A stretch of DNA of 32,000 nt from the NCBI RefSeq assembly GCF_003231495.1, contig NZ_PQWO01000009.1, positions 1-32,000 of the forward strand, read 5' to 3'. Made by a program: the position numbers and the translations under genes. Below are positions 1-7,580 of the stretch, piece by piece (position 1 is the first letter of the stretch; each line of letters begins with the position of its first letter). Under the pieces are notes generated by a model. The model was not told the DNA's origin. It was given only the letters and a program-made list of their open reading frames with translations, and did no database searches. Source of the stretch: Acaryochloris thomasi RCC1774 (GTDB lineage: Bacteria > Cyanobacteriota > Cyanobacteriia > Thermosynechococcales > Thermosynechococcaceae).

Positions 1-1
1 C

Positions 2-142
2 CTCTACAAAGCTCGACATCTGATAGAGAACTTTTTTGCCAAGATCAAGCAGTATCGGGCAATTGCCACACGCTACGATAAACGAGCCGTCAATTTTCTA
101 GGAGCTATTTACCTAGCAGCCTCTGTTATATGGCTTAATTGA
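2..142 (+). mobile_element. IS5-family (DDE) transposase, C-terminal 46 codons only; the gene enters from beyond the left window edge
   Basis: Frame 2 reads LYKARHLIENFFAKIKQYRAIATRYDKRAVNFLGAIYLAASVIWLN, with stop TGA at 140-142. The ENFFxxIKxYRxIATRYDK block is the conserved C-terminal signature of IS5/IS427-type transposases. It is absent from the ORF track because it has no start codon in the window. The IS terminus must lie shortly after 142, but it cannot be defined without the other end. Confidence 0.8.
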
Positions 143-464
143 TGACACGCCCTAGGGTAGCTTGTCTATTGTTTAAGCCTTGAATAACCACACGCATTAT
201 GAAACGGCGACCATGATTACTTCGTCTCCCCTCAATAGCTGCTGTCATTGGTAAAGCTCCACTTAGCTGTTGGACAATATGCCGTGCGCCAATGCGTCGT
301 CCTTCCGCTGTCTCAGTTCTGTAGCCAAGTTCCTTGAAGGCTATCCACTTGCCTTGATTGCCAGGATTTTGAGGGTTCATTGAGTAGTGCTCAAATTTAG
401 CGGGGTCAATGAGTGCTTTGTCTGCGTAAGGCAGCGCACCTCCTGTTTCCCAATCTTGTTCCAT
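135..464 (-). CDS. DUF6883-like small protein, 3' end probably replaced by the IS terminus
   Basis: 109-aa ORF. LPYADKALIDPAKFEHYSMNPQNPGNQGKWIAFKELGY and the later GRRFIMRVVIQG resemble, from memory, cyanobacterial DUF6883 proteins. The last 8 nt overlap the transposase stop region, so the final codons (..ATLGRVIN) are likely IS-derived rather than native. Confidence 0.45.
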   Translation of the reverse strand: MEQDWETGGALPYADKALIDPAKFEHYSMNPQNPGNQGKWIAFKELGYRTETAEGRRIGARHIVQQLSGALPMTAAIEGRRSNHGRRFIMRVVIQGLNNRQATLGRVIN

Positions 465-586
465 TCTTTCTTAGAGATACTGCATCTGAACGTGCCGTTT
501 AGGGTGACAATAGACCACTGAGGGTTTAGTATCGCAGCCTTCCCAAAATGGGTGACGCGGCTGCTGAATAACGTATAGGCATAGAG

Positions 587-2149
587 ATGGAAACCAACCG
601 AATTCAACCTGTTCGGGGCATGAGTGATGTTCTGCCCGATACCTGCGCCGCGTATCGGGCTGTCGAAACAGAGCTGCATCAATGCTTTGAGCAATTTGGC
701 TATCGGCCTATTAACGTGCCGCTGGTGGAGCATACTGAGCTGTATTTGCGAAAGTCGGGTGAAGCAATTGTCACCCGAATGTACGATTTCGTTTATCAAA
801 ATCGGCGGCTTTGCCTGCGGCCTGAGATGACCGCTTCTATCATTCGGGCCTATGTTGAGCATCTAGAAGAGCAAACCCCGCTGCCTGTGCGACTCTACTA
901 CGGTGGCTCCGTGTTTCGCTATGAGCGTCCGCAGCGGGAGCGCTATCGGCAGTTCTCACAGGTGGGCGTGGAGTTGTTGGGATCGGCAGGTCCGATGGCT
1001 GATGCAGAGGTGATTTGGACGGCTTGTCGAGGATTGAACCAGCTTGGTCTGAAGAACTATCGAGTGGTTATCGGTCACATTGGGGTTCTGTCAAAATTTT
1101 TAGAAGGACTGCAGTTAGGCAGTCGGCTGCAAAATCTGCTGCTGGCCAGTACTGATCTGCTGCGCTCTGAAAACGGTCGGCAAAAGGTTGCGCAGACACT
1201 ACAGGAAATCTATCCAGACTATCGACCTACAGACGGTTCTTCTACGGCGACGCCTGAACAGGAAGGTCAGCTCGATAAGCTTGTTACGCTGTTTCAGCAC
1301 TTGAATGATGCAGATGCTAAAGCTGCCATTCTGGAACTGTTAGGGAGCTTGAATGTAGATCTTAAAGGTAGTCGTAGTCCCGAAGAAATTGCGTCGCGGC
1401 TGCTTGAAAAGATTCATCGGCAAAACCGTATTCCCCTCATTGATAAAGCGCTAGAGTTCATGACAGAGCTATCGGCGCTGGAGGGAGAACCCTTTGAGGT
1501 TCTAGAAAAGGGCAAAGAACTGTTGCCGCGCTACGGGATTGACACAGCTCCTCTGGAAGAACTCCGGTCTATTGTTGAGGTGCTGAAGCTTTACGATCTC
1601 GACTGGAGTCAGGTCAGTTTAGATTTGGGTCTTAGCCGTGGTCTGCAGTATTACACCGGCACTATTTTTGAAATTCACCATGCCTCGCTCGGTGGGGAGC
1701 GCCAGATTTGCGGGGGCGGTCGCTACGATGAGTTGGTAACGACACTCGGTGGTAACCGCAGTACGCCTGCTACAGGCTTCTCTTTTGGTTTAGAGCGTGT
1801 TTGCGTCGCCCTTGAAAGTGAGGGCCATTTCAATGTCGGCAGTCATCTGCGCTTTGATGCCTTTGTGATTGTTCTAGATGCTGCGCAACATGGTTATGCA
1901 ATATCCGTCGCTGAGCAACTTCGCAATCAGGGCCTGAAGATTGAGCTAGCGATTCGAGATCGCACCGTCTCCAAAAACTTCCAGTACGCTGAAAAACAAA
2001 GCTTCCCGTTCGTGATTGTGGTGGGGGCTGATGAACAGGCGCAGTCTGCGGTCACCCTGCGAACCAAGGCTGAACAAGAAGGCCAGCGATTCACGGTTGA
2101 TGAGGCCGCCCAGCAAATTTTGAGATTTAGAACAGAGGCTGTTTTATGA
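587..2149 (+). CDS. Histidyl-tRNA synthetase paralog with a HisZ-type motif (possible ATP-PRT regulatory subunit), 520 aa
   Basis: N-terminal IQPVRGMSDVLP. LRPEMTASIIRAY at aa 77-89 (HisRS normally has LRPEGTA; HisZ proteins have LRPxMT). Motif 2 FRYERPQRERYRQFSQVGVELLG, HisA box SRGLQYYTGTIFE, and motif 3 GGGRYDELV..ATGFSFGLERV are all present. A C-terminal anticodon-binding-like domain is also present (FDAFVIVLD...FPFVIVVGADE). The stop overlaps the hisG start (ATGA, 2146-2149). Confidence 0.85.
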   Translation: METNRIQPVRGMSDVLPDTCAAYRAVETELHQCFEQFGYRPINVPLVEHTELYLRKSGEAIVTRMYDFVYQNRRLCLRPEMTASIIRAYVEHLEEQTPLPVRLYYGGSVFRYERPQRERYRQFSQVGVELLGSAGPMADAEVIWTACRGLNQLGLKNYRVVIGHIGVLSKFLEGLQLGSRLQNLLLASTDLLRSENGRQKVAQTLQEIYPDYRPTDGSSTATPEQEGQLDKLVTLFQHLNDADAKAAILELLGSLNVDLKGSRSPEEIASRLLEKIHRQNRIPLIDKALEFMTELSALEGEPFEVLEKGKELLPRYGIDTAPLEELRSIVEVLKLYDLDWSQVSLDLGLSRGLQYYTGTIFEIHHASLGGERQICGGGRYDELVTTLGGNRSTPATGFSFGLERVCVALESEGHFNVGSHLRFDAFVIVLDAAQHGYAISVAEQLRNQGLKIELAIRDRTVSKNFQYAEKQSFPFVIVVGADEQAQSAVTLRTKAEQEGQRFTVDEAAQQILRFRTEAVL

Positions 2150-3165
2150 GCGATCGCAAAGTCCGCCTAGCGCTCCCCAGCAAAGGAGCCTTGGGCAAGC
2201 TGACGATGGATTTACTCGCCAACATTGGTCTCAAGGTCAATCGTCCCAACGACCGACAGTACGTGGCGACCATTCCCGCAGTGCCTGAAATTGAGGTTTT
2301 GTTTCAGCGAGCCGCAGACATTTTTGTCAAAGTCCATGAAGGCAGTGCCGATTTAGGTGTGACTGGTTACGATGTCGTCTCCGAAGAAGATCCTGGCGAT
2401 GGTACCGTGATTACGGCTTACGAAACCCTTGGGTATGGTAAGTGTGAGGTGGTCTTAGCGGTCCCCAATAGCTGGATTGATGTTACCTCCATCGAAGATC
2501 TCGCGGAATTAACGCTGTTGTGGAAAGCCCAAGGCAAACCTTTGCGGATCGTAACCAAGTATAAGAATCTCACCAAGAAGCTGTTGTTTGATCGAAACAT
2601 CACCAACTTTGTTTTGGTGGATGCCAATGGTGCCCTAGAGGCGGCGCCCAATATGGGTTATGCCGATATGATCTCGGATGTCACCAGTACGGGTACCACC
2701 CTGCGGGAAAATAACCTCAAGCAGGTGGCCGGAGGCAATATTCTCAAGTCTCAAGCCTGTCTGATTGCCAATCGCAAGGCGTTGCAGTCGGATACAGCAC
2801 TGGCGATTACGCAGCAGATTTTAGAACGGATAGAAGCGAATCAAGAGGCTAAAAAATATACATCGATCACCGCCAATGTGCGGGCTGGTTCAATGGATGA
2901 GGTGGGGGCGTTACTTACCAGCCGTGAACAGCTTGATCAGCTCACGGGACAGCGTGGACCTACGATCTCCAAGGTATACACCAATGGGAGCGGCAGTAAC
3001 GACTGGTATGCCGTCACTGTTGTTGTACAGCAGGAGCATCTGTTTCAGGCTGTCCAGCATCTGCGTCAGGTGGAAGGACAGGACATTACCGTGTCGCCGC
3101 CTCGATATATCTTTGGTCCCAGCAGCAAAAGTGGCGAGACGTTGCTCCAGCGATTAAAGTCTTGA
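2146..3165 (+). CDS. hisG: ATP phosphoribosyltransferase, long form (with C-terminal HisG_C regulatory domain)
   Basis: 339 aa. VRLALPSKG at the N-terminus. DVTSTGTTLRENNL matches the HisG signature (E. coli DLVSTGATLEANGL). The C-terminal ~100 aa parallel the E. coli long-form regulatory domain: AKKYTSITANV...GPTISKV...AVTVVV...ITVSPPRYIF versus ESKYIMMHAP...RPTILPL...AMHMVS...ILVLPIEKM. Confidence 0.9.
   Translation: MSDRKVRLALPSKGALGKLTMDLLANIGLKVNRPNDRQYVATIPAVPEIEVLFQRAADIFVKVHEGSADLGVTGYDVVSEEDPGDGTVITAYETLGYGKCEVVLAVPNSWIDVTSIEDLAELTLLWKAQGKPLRIVTKYKNLTKKLLFDRNITNFVLVDANGALEAAPNMGYADMISDVTSTGTTLRENNLKQVAGGNILKSQACLIANRKALQSDTALAITQQILERIEANQEAKKYTSITANVRAGSMDEVGALLTSREQLDQLTGQRGPTISKVYTNGSGSNDWYAVTVVVQQEHLFQAVQHLRQVEGQDITVSPPRYIFGPSSKSGETLLQRLKS
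2150..2157. repeat. HIP1 octamer GCGATCGC (first of 16 copies in the window)
   Basis: Exact GCGATCGC occurs at 2150, 4047, 5548, 6095, 11704, 12722, 13627, 18550, 20736, 21497, 23325, 23667, 24660, 28841, 29062 and 29468 (start coordinates). A random 8-mer would be expected less than once in 32 kb. Confidence 0.9.
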
Positions 3166-3208
3166 AAAGTTCTGAGAGAAGTCTTGTGGTTGACGGCGAA
3201 GTATCTTA

Positions 3209-3283
3209 GATCCCCCTAAATCCCCCTTAAGAAGGGGGACTTAAAGTCTATTCCCCCCTTCTTAAGGGGGGCTAGTGGGGATC
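3209..3283. repeat. Nested palindromic G/C-run element (MITE-like intergenic repeat; possible terminator or insulator between hisG and hisS)
   Basis: The outer inverted repeat is GATCCCCCTA (3209-) versus TAGTGGGGATC (-3283), matching with one bulge. Inside are two hairpins: CCCCCTTAAGAAGGGGG (3222-3238) and CCCCCCTTCTTAAGGGGGG (3253-3271). No other copy occurs in this window. Confidence 0.7.
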
Positions 3284-3358
3284 ATCCGATGCGTAACATC
3301 CTCACTACCCCCTCTGTAAAACAATTTCAATAACGCCGCAGTTTTATACATAGAAGAA

Positions 3359-4741
3359 ATGGCTAAGTCAGACCGAATTAACTACACCCTCCCCAGCGGA
3401 TTTGATATTGAACTGCTTCCTGGAGAAAAGCGCCTGGAACAGCACTGGCTAGACACCATTCGCCAAGTGTACGAACGCTATGGGTTCACCCCCATTGAAA
3501 CGCCAGCGGTGGAGCGGATAGAACTCCTGCAGGCGAAGGGGAATCAGGGCGACAACATTATTTATGCCATCACCCCGGTTCTACCGCCTCAGATGCAGGT
3601 GGAGGGTGATAAAGGCAAGGACTCTCGGGCGCTGAAGTTTGACCAAACGGTGCCCCTGGCGGCCTACGTGGCTCGGAATCGCAATGAGCTGGTCTTTCCC
3701 TTCGCCCGCTACCAAATGGACATGGTGTTTCGCGGGGAGCGCGCTAAAACGGGTCGCTACCGGCAGTTTCGGCAGTGCGATATTGATGTGGTGGGGCGAG
3801 GATCCCTTAATCTGCTCTACGATGCTCAGATGCCTGCGATCATTGCGGAAATCTTTTCGGCGCTCCAGATCGGGGATTTCTTGATTCGGATTAATAACCG
3901 CAAGGTCCTGACGGGCTTTTTTGAGGCATTGGGGGTTGAAGCCGATCAGATTAAGGGCTGCATCAAGATTATTGACATGCTGGAAAAGATTGGCGTGGCG
4001 AAGGTCAAGGATCAGCTTCTGGGAATTGGGGTGCTGGAGGAGAGTTGCGATCGCATGATCACCTTCACTCAGATCCAAGGCTCCGTTGATGAAGTCTTAG
4101 CTCAGCTCCAGCAAACCGCCACAGAACTTAACCAGCCCGAAACCTTCGTCGTGGGTATCAAAGAGTTAGATGAAGTCATCCAAAACGTTCGCCTGCTGCA
4201 GGTGCCAGAGACTCAGTTCTGTATTGATCTATCGATTGCGCGGGGCTTAGATTACTACACCGGCACCGTCTACGAAACAACGCTTTTGGGCTACGAAAGC
4301 CTCGGCAGCATTTGCTCAGGTGGACGCTACGAAGAATTAGTGGGCATGTTTGCCCAAGAAACAATGCCGGGTGTGGGTCTGTCTATTGGCCTAACGCGGC
4401 TGATGCGAAAGCTACTGGATGCTGACATTATTCAGCCTCTAGCAGCCAGCCCTGCCCAAGTAATGATCGTTAACATGCAGCAGGAATTGATGCCGGTCTA
4501 CTTTGAAATCTCTCAACGGCTGCGGCAGGCGGGGATCAAAGTTTTAACCGGATTTGAAAAGAAAGGCATTGGTAAACAGCTTGATCGAGCCGACAAGTTG
4601 GGTATCCCGCTGTGCATTATTATTGGGTCGAATGAGCACGAGGCTCAGATCTGTCGCGTCAAGGTCATGGAAACGGGAGAACAGCTCGATATTCCCCTCT
4701 CTGATCTCGTGCCTCAGATCCGGCAACTGTTAGAGAGGTAA
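3359..4741 (+). CDS. hisS: Histidyl-tRNA synthetase, divergent (archaeal/eukaryote-like) type
   Basis: 460 aa. LKFDQTVPLAAYVARN and FRGERAKTGRYRQFRQCDIDVVG resemble human LRYDLTVPFARY / RGRYREFYQCDFD. HisA box ARGLDYYTGTVYE and motif 3 SGGRYEELV...GVGLSIGLTRL are present. The C-terminal anticodon-binding-like domain reads QVMIVNM...IPLCIIIGSNE. Confidence 0.9.
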   Translation: MAKSDRINYTLPSGFDIELLPGEKRLEQHWLDTIRQVYERYGFTPIETPAVERIELLQAKGNQGDNIIYAITPVLPPQMQVEGDKGKDSRALKFDQTVPLAAYVARNRNELVFPFARYQMDMVFRGERAKTGRYRQFRQCDIDVVGRGSLNLLYDAQMPAIIAEIFSALQIGDFLIRINNRKVLTGFFEALGVEADQIKGCIKIIDMLEKIGVAKVKDQLLGIGVLEESCDRMITFTQIQGSVDEVLAQLQQTATELNQPETFVVGIKELDEVIQNVRLLQVPETQFCIDLSIARGLDYYTGTVYETTLLGYESLGSICSGGRYEELVGMFAQETMPGVGLSIGLTRLMRKLLDADIIQPLAASPAQVMIVNMQQELMPVYFEISQRLRQAGIKVLTGFEKKGIGKQLDRADKLGIPLCIIIGSNEHEAQICRVKVMETGEQLDIPLSDLVPQIRQLLER

Positions 4742-4749
4742 CCCTGACA

Positions 4750-5775
4750 ATGAGTAAAGTGGGTGCGGGTATCTGTCAATTCCAAACGAAGGCCAAGTGG
4801 TCACTTCAGACTTTGGCGGGCGTGAGTCTGATTCTATGTTTGACTGGCTGTGACACTCAGCTCCAAGATTTGGCACGTCGCCCCGTTCCTAAGCCTAAAG
4901 AATCGGGTCTGACCAAGGCGACCCCTGTTCCTACGCCGGTTTTGACAAAGCTCAAGGTGACGGTTTCTTCGATTTCCGATCTCAAGGTCAAAGAAGGCGC
5001 TTCAGTGGTTAAGGGGCAGGTGATTGCTGAACCGACTGATGCAAAGCAACGCATCAGTCAGCGGCGTCAGGCAATTCAGCAACAGCTCGCTCAGCTAAAC
5101 TCCTTAGCGCTAGAGCCACGACTGTCTCAGGTTACGGCCCCACAAGTGAGTGCTGAGGGGGTTGAGCGTGCGAAGGTGCGGCTTAATGCGGCAGAAGCAG
5201 CACTCGCTCAGTATCGGAAGGACTCTCCCTATACTGATTTCGCTTTGCAGAACCTCCCGCTCCCGGAAGAGCAGGTTAAGCTGGAACGGCTTCAGGGCGA
5301 GATTCAGGCGGCAAAAGCTGCTGTGGCAAGAGAGCAGGCAGTACTGGCTAGGATTAAGGCTAGTCCCTCTTCTAACCAAGGGCAGGGACTCTCGAATCTA
5401 AAGTCAACTCAAGCCAGTCTTGCTAAGGAGCTACAGCAGCTTGAGGCGCAGGCCAAAAACCTTAAAGTTTTTTATTCACCCTATACGGGCCTCATTAATA
5501 AAATTACGCCCCTTAAAAGTACGAACGGCAGTCTTCAATTTGAGCTTGCGATCGCAAGCCAAGCCCAGAGCCCTTCGTCGCTTCAAAATCCATTCGCTCC
5601 AACGCCGCCTCAAAATCCGTTAGATCCGACATCGCCTCAGATTCCGTCTGGGCTATCGACCCCCACTTTGCCGCTACCAACGCCGCCGGCAATCTCTCCT
5701 CAGGGTTCCGGTTCCTCTTTGCCGCCGCTCCCTCAACGAAGCCCCCTGTTGCCCAGCTCCCAGCCTCCAAACTAA
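4750..5775 (+). CDS. Lipoprotein with membrane-fusion-protein-like lipoyl motif, coiled coil and Pro-rich tail
   Basis: 341 aa. Lipobox LTGC with Cys34 after a hydrophobic stretch (VSLILCLTGC). KVKEGASVVKGQVIAEP is a HlyD/MFP-like hybrid motif. A long Q/A/L-rich coiled-coil segment follows. The C-terminal ~70 aa are P/S/Q-rich. The gene starts 8 nt after the hisS stop. Confidence 0.6.
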   Translation: MSKVGAGICQFQTKAKWSLQTLAGVSLILCLTGCDTQLQDLARRPVPKPKESGLTKATPVPTPVLTKLKVTVSSISDLKVKEGASVVKGQVIAEPTDAKQRISQRRQAIQQQLAQLNSLALEPRLSQVTAPQVSAEGVERAKVRLNAAEAALAQYRKDSPYTDFALQNLPLPEEQVKLERLQGEIQAAKAAVAREQAVLARIKASPSSNQGQGLSNLKSTQASLAKELQQLEAQAKNLKVFYSPYTGLINKITPLKSTNGSLQFELAIASQAQSPSSLQNPFAPTPPQNPLDPTSPQIPSGLSTPTLPLPTPPAISPQGSGSSLPPLPQRSPLLPSSQPPN

Positions 5776-5873
5776 ACGGTAGCGTTGTCTTGATCGAGAC
5801 ATCGGCTACAATCCTGCTGGGGGATCGCTGAACTTTGTCAAACACTTTTCCCGGTTGAGGCTGATGTGAGGTT

Positions 5874-6701
5874 ATGACCGTCGATTGTCCGTCCAGAATC
5901 CCTCCCCGGCCATTTCTGAAGTGGGCGGGGGGTAAAAGCCGCTTGCTGGCGCAGTATCAACCCTGGTTCCCGCAGGACTATTCTCGATACTATGAGCCTT
6001 TTGTCGGGGGCGGCGCTGTGTTCTTTCATCTGCGTCCTGCATCCGCAACGCTGTCTGATATTAATCCTGAACTGGTGAATGTCTACGATTGTGTGCGATC
6101 GCAAGTCGAAGCGCTGATTCAACAGCTAGAAATACACGCTCAACATCACGGTCACGAATACTACTATCAAATGCGGGCTGCAGACCAAGGTTCATCGATT
6201 GAACGGGCTGCTCGATTTATCTACCTCAATAAAACCTGCTTCAACGGCCTTTATCGAGAGAATTCTCAGGGCAAATTTAACGTGCCGATGGGGCGCTACA
6301 AAAAACCAACGATTTGTAACCCCGAGCTTCTCAGATCGGCTTCTATGACTCTGCAGGCTGCTCAGGTTTATCTAAGACCCTTTTCTGAAATTTTGCAGCA
6401 CGCCACAACATCTCAAGACTTTGTGTACTTTGATCCGCCCTACCATCCTCTCAGCACCACCAGTGACTTTACCGCCTATTCTCGGGGCGCATTTACGGCT
6501 CAAGATCAGGTGCAGCTTCGAGATGTGTTTGTGATCTTGGCTGAGCGGGGTGTGCGCGTGATGCTCTCTAATTCAGACTGTGACTTTATCCGTGATCTCT
6601 ACCAAGGTTTTCCGATTCGCACCATTCAAGCCGCGCGAGCGATCAACTCTAACCCAGCCAAACGGGGCAAAATTTCTGAAGTACTGGTGATGTCAAGTTA
6701 G
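5874..6701 (+). CDS. dam: Dam-type N6-adenine DNA methyltransferase (D12 class), no adjacent restriction gene
   Basis: 275 aa. FLKWAGGKSRL (AdoMet-binding motif), NKTCFNGLYR, and the catalytic VYFDPPYHPLS (DPPY). Confidence 0.9.
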   Translation: MTVDCPSRIPPRPFLKWAGGKSRLLAQYQPWFPQDYSRYYEPFVGGGAVFFHLRPASATLSDINPELVNVYDCVRSQVEALIQQLEIHAQHHGHEYYYQMRAADQGSSIERAARFIYLNKTCFNGLYRENSQGKFNVPMGRYKKPTICNPELLRSASMTLQAAQVYLRPFSEILQHATTSQDFVYFDPPYHPLSTTSDFTAYSRGAFTAQDQVQLRDVFVILAERGVRVMLSNSDCDFIRDLYQGFPIRTIQAARAINSNPAKRGKISEVLVMSS

Positions 6702-6775
6702 TCCATCTCTGTGGGCTGGTCCGCGCTCCCTGCAGATATTCTTTACCATGAACAAGAGTCACCCAAGAATCTGTA

Positions 6776-7549
6776 ATGCACCTAACCTATCTCGATAGCA
6801 ATAGCTGGCTGATTGAACTGGCGAGCAAAAAAATATTATTAGACCCTTGGTTAGTCGGTCCCCTCGTGTTTGGTAATCAGCCTTGGTTCTTTAAAGCAGA
6901 GCACACCACACCACGCCCGATTCCAGATGATATTGATCTGATTTTGCTTTCGCAGGGGCTACCGGATCATGCTCATCCTCCTACGCTTAAAGCGCTGGAT
7001 CATGACATCCCGGTCGTGGCATCACCAAACGCGGCCAAGCTCGTGAAAGAAATGGGCTATCGCCAGGTCACAGCGCTCGATCACGGTGAAACGTTTTCTG
7101 AGAATGGGGTCAAAGTTCAGGCATTCCCCGGCTCTCCCATTGGTCCGCTGCTGGTGGAAAATGCGTTTGTGGTCACTGATTTGACGAGTCAGGCAAGCTT
7201 GTATTACGAACCTCATGGCTTCCATTCTGAGGCCGTACAGGCCGTCAAGCATGTGGACGTGATTATTACGCCACTGATCAACTTAAGCCTGCCGCTCCTA
7301 GGGCCGTTTATCAAAGGTGGGGAAAGCGCGTTAGACGTGGTCAAATGGCTGCAGCCCGAGTTTATTCTGTCAACGGCTGCCGGTGGCGATATTAAATACG
7401 AAGGCATCCTCGACAAAATTCTGAAAATGGACGGGGACGTGGAAGACTTTCGCAAGCTACTCGCCGACAGCGACTGTGAAACTCAGATCCTTGATCCAGA
7501 ACCTGGTCAGCGATTCGAAGTCCCGTTGACGGTCTCTGCTGCCGCTTAG
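6776..7549 (+). CDS. MBL-fold metallo-hydrolase family protein
   Basis: 257 aa. The beta-lactamase-fold pattern is LTYLDSNSWLIE...ILLDPW...LLSQGLPDHAHPPTL, with later conserved His/Asp positions. Confidence 0.7.
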   Translation: MHLTYLDSNSWLIELASKKILLDPWLVGPLVFGNQPWFFKAEHTTPRPIPDDIDLILLSQGLPDHAHPPTLKALDHDIPVVASPNAAKLVKEMGYRQVTALDHGETFSENGVKVQAFPGSPIGPLLVENAFVVTDLTSQASLYYEPHGFHSEAVQAVKHVDVIITPLINLSLPLLGPFIKGGESALDVVKWLQPEFILSTAAGGDIKYEGILDKILKMDGDVEDFRKLLADSDCETQILDPEPGQRFEVPLTVSAAA

Positions 7550-7553
7550 GTAT

Positions 7554-7579
7554 CACAGCTTGGAGGCTGATGAGCTGTG
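7554..7579. terminator. Stem-loop between convergent genes (possible bidirectional terminator, no clear U-tract)
   Basis: CACAGCT (7554-7560) pairs with AGCTGTG (7573-7579), giving a 7-bp stem and a 12-nt loop. It lies between the stops of the MBL gene (7549) and the transglutaminase-like gene (7581). Confidence 0.35.
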
Positions 7580-7580
7580 C

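Noticed and set aside
465-586. Looked for a histidine-codon leader peptide, attenuator or T-box upstream of the his module
   Set aside because: There is no run of His codons, no leader ORF and no convincing terminator/antiterminator pair in the 122-bp spacer.
377-862. 161-aa minus-strand ORF spanning the DUF6883-like gene start, the spacer and the 5' end of the HisRS paralog
   Set aside because: It overlaps two better-supported genes, crosses a promoter region, and its translation has no recognisable motif. Most likely a chance open frame.
3581-4078. 165-aa ORF antisense to hisS, plus the shorter nested ORFs at 3639-3884, 4176-4364 and 4544-4726
   Set aside because: All are contained within the well-supported hisS frame, and none has features of its own.
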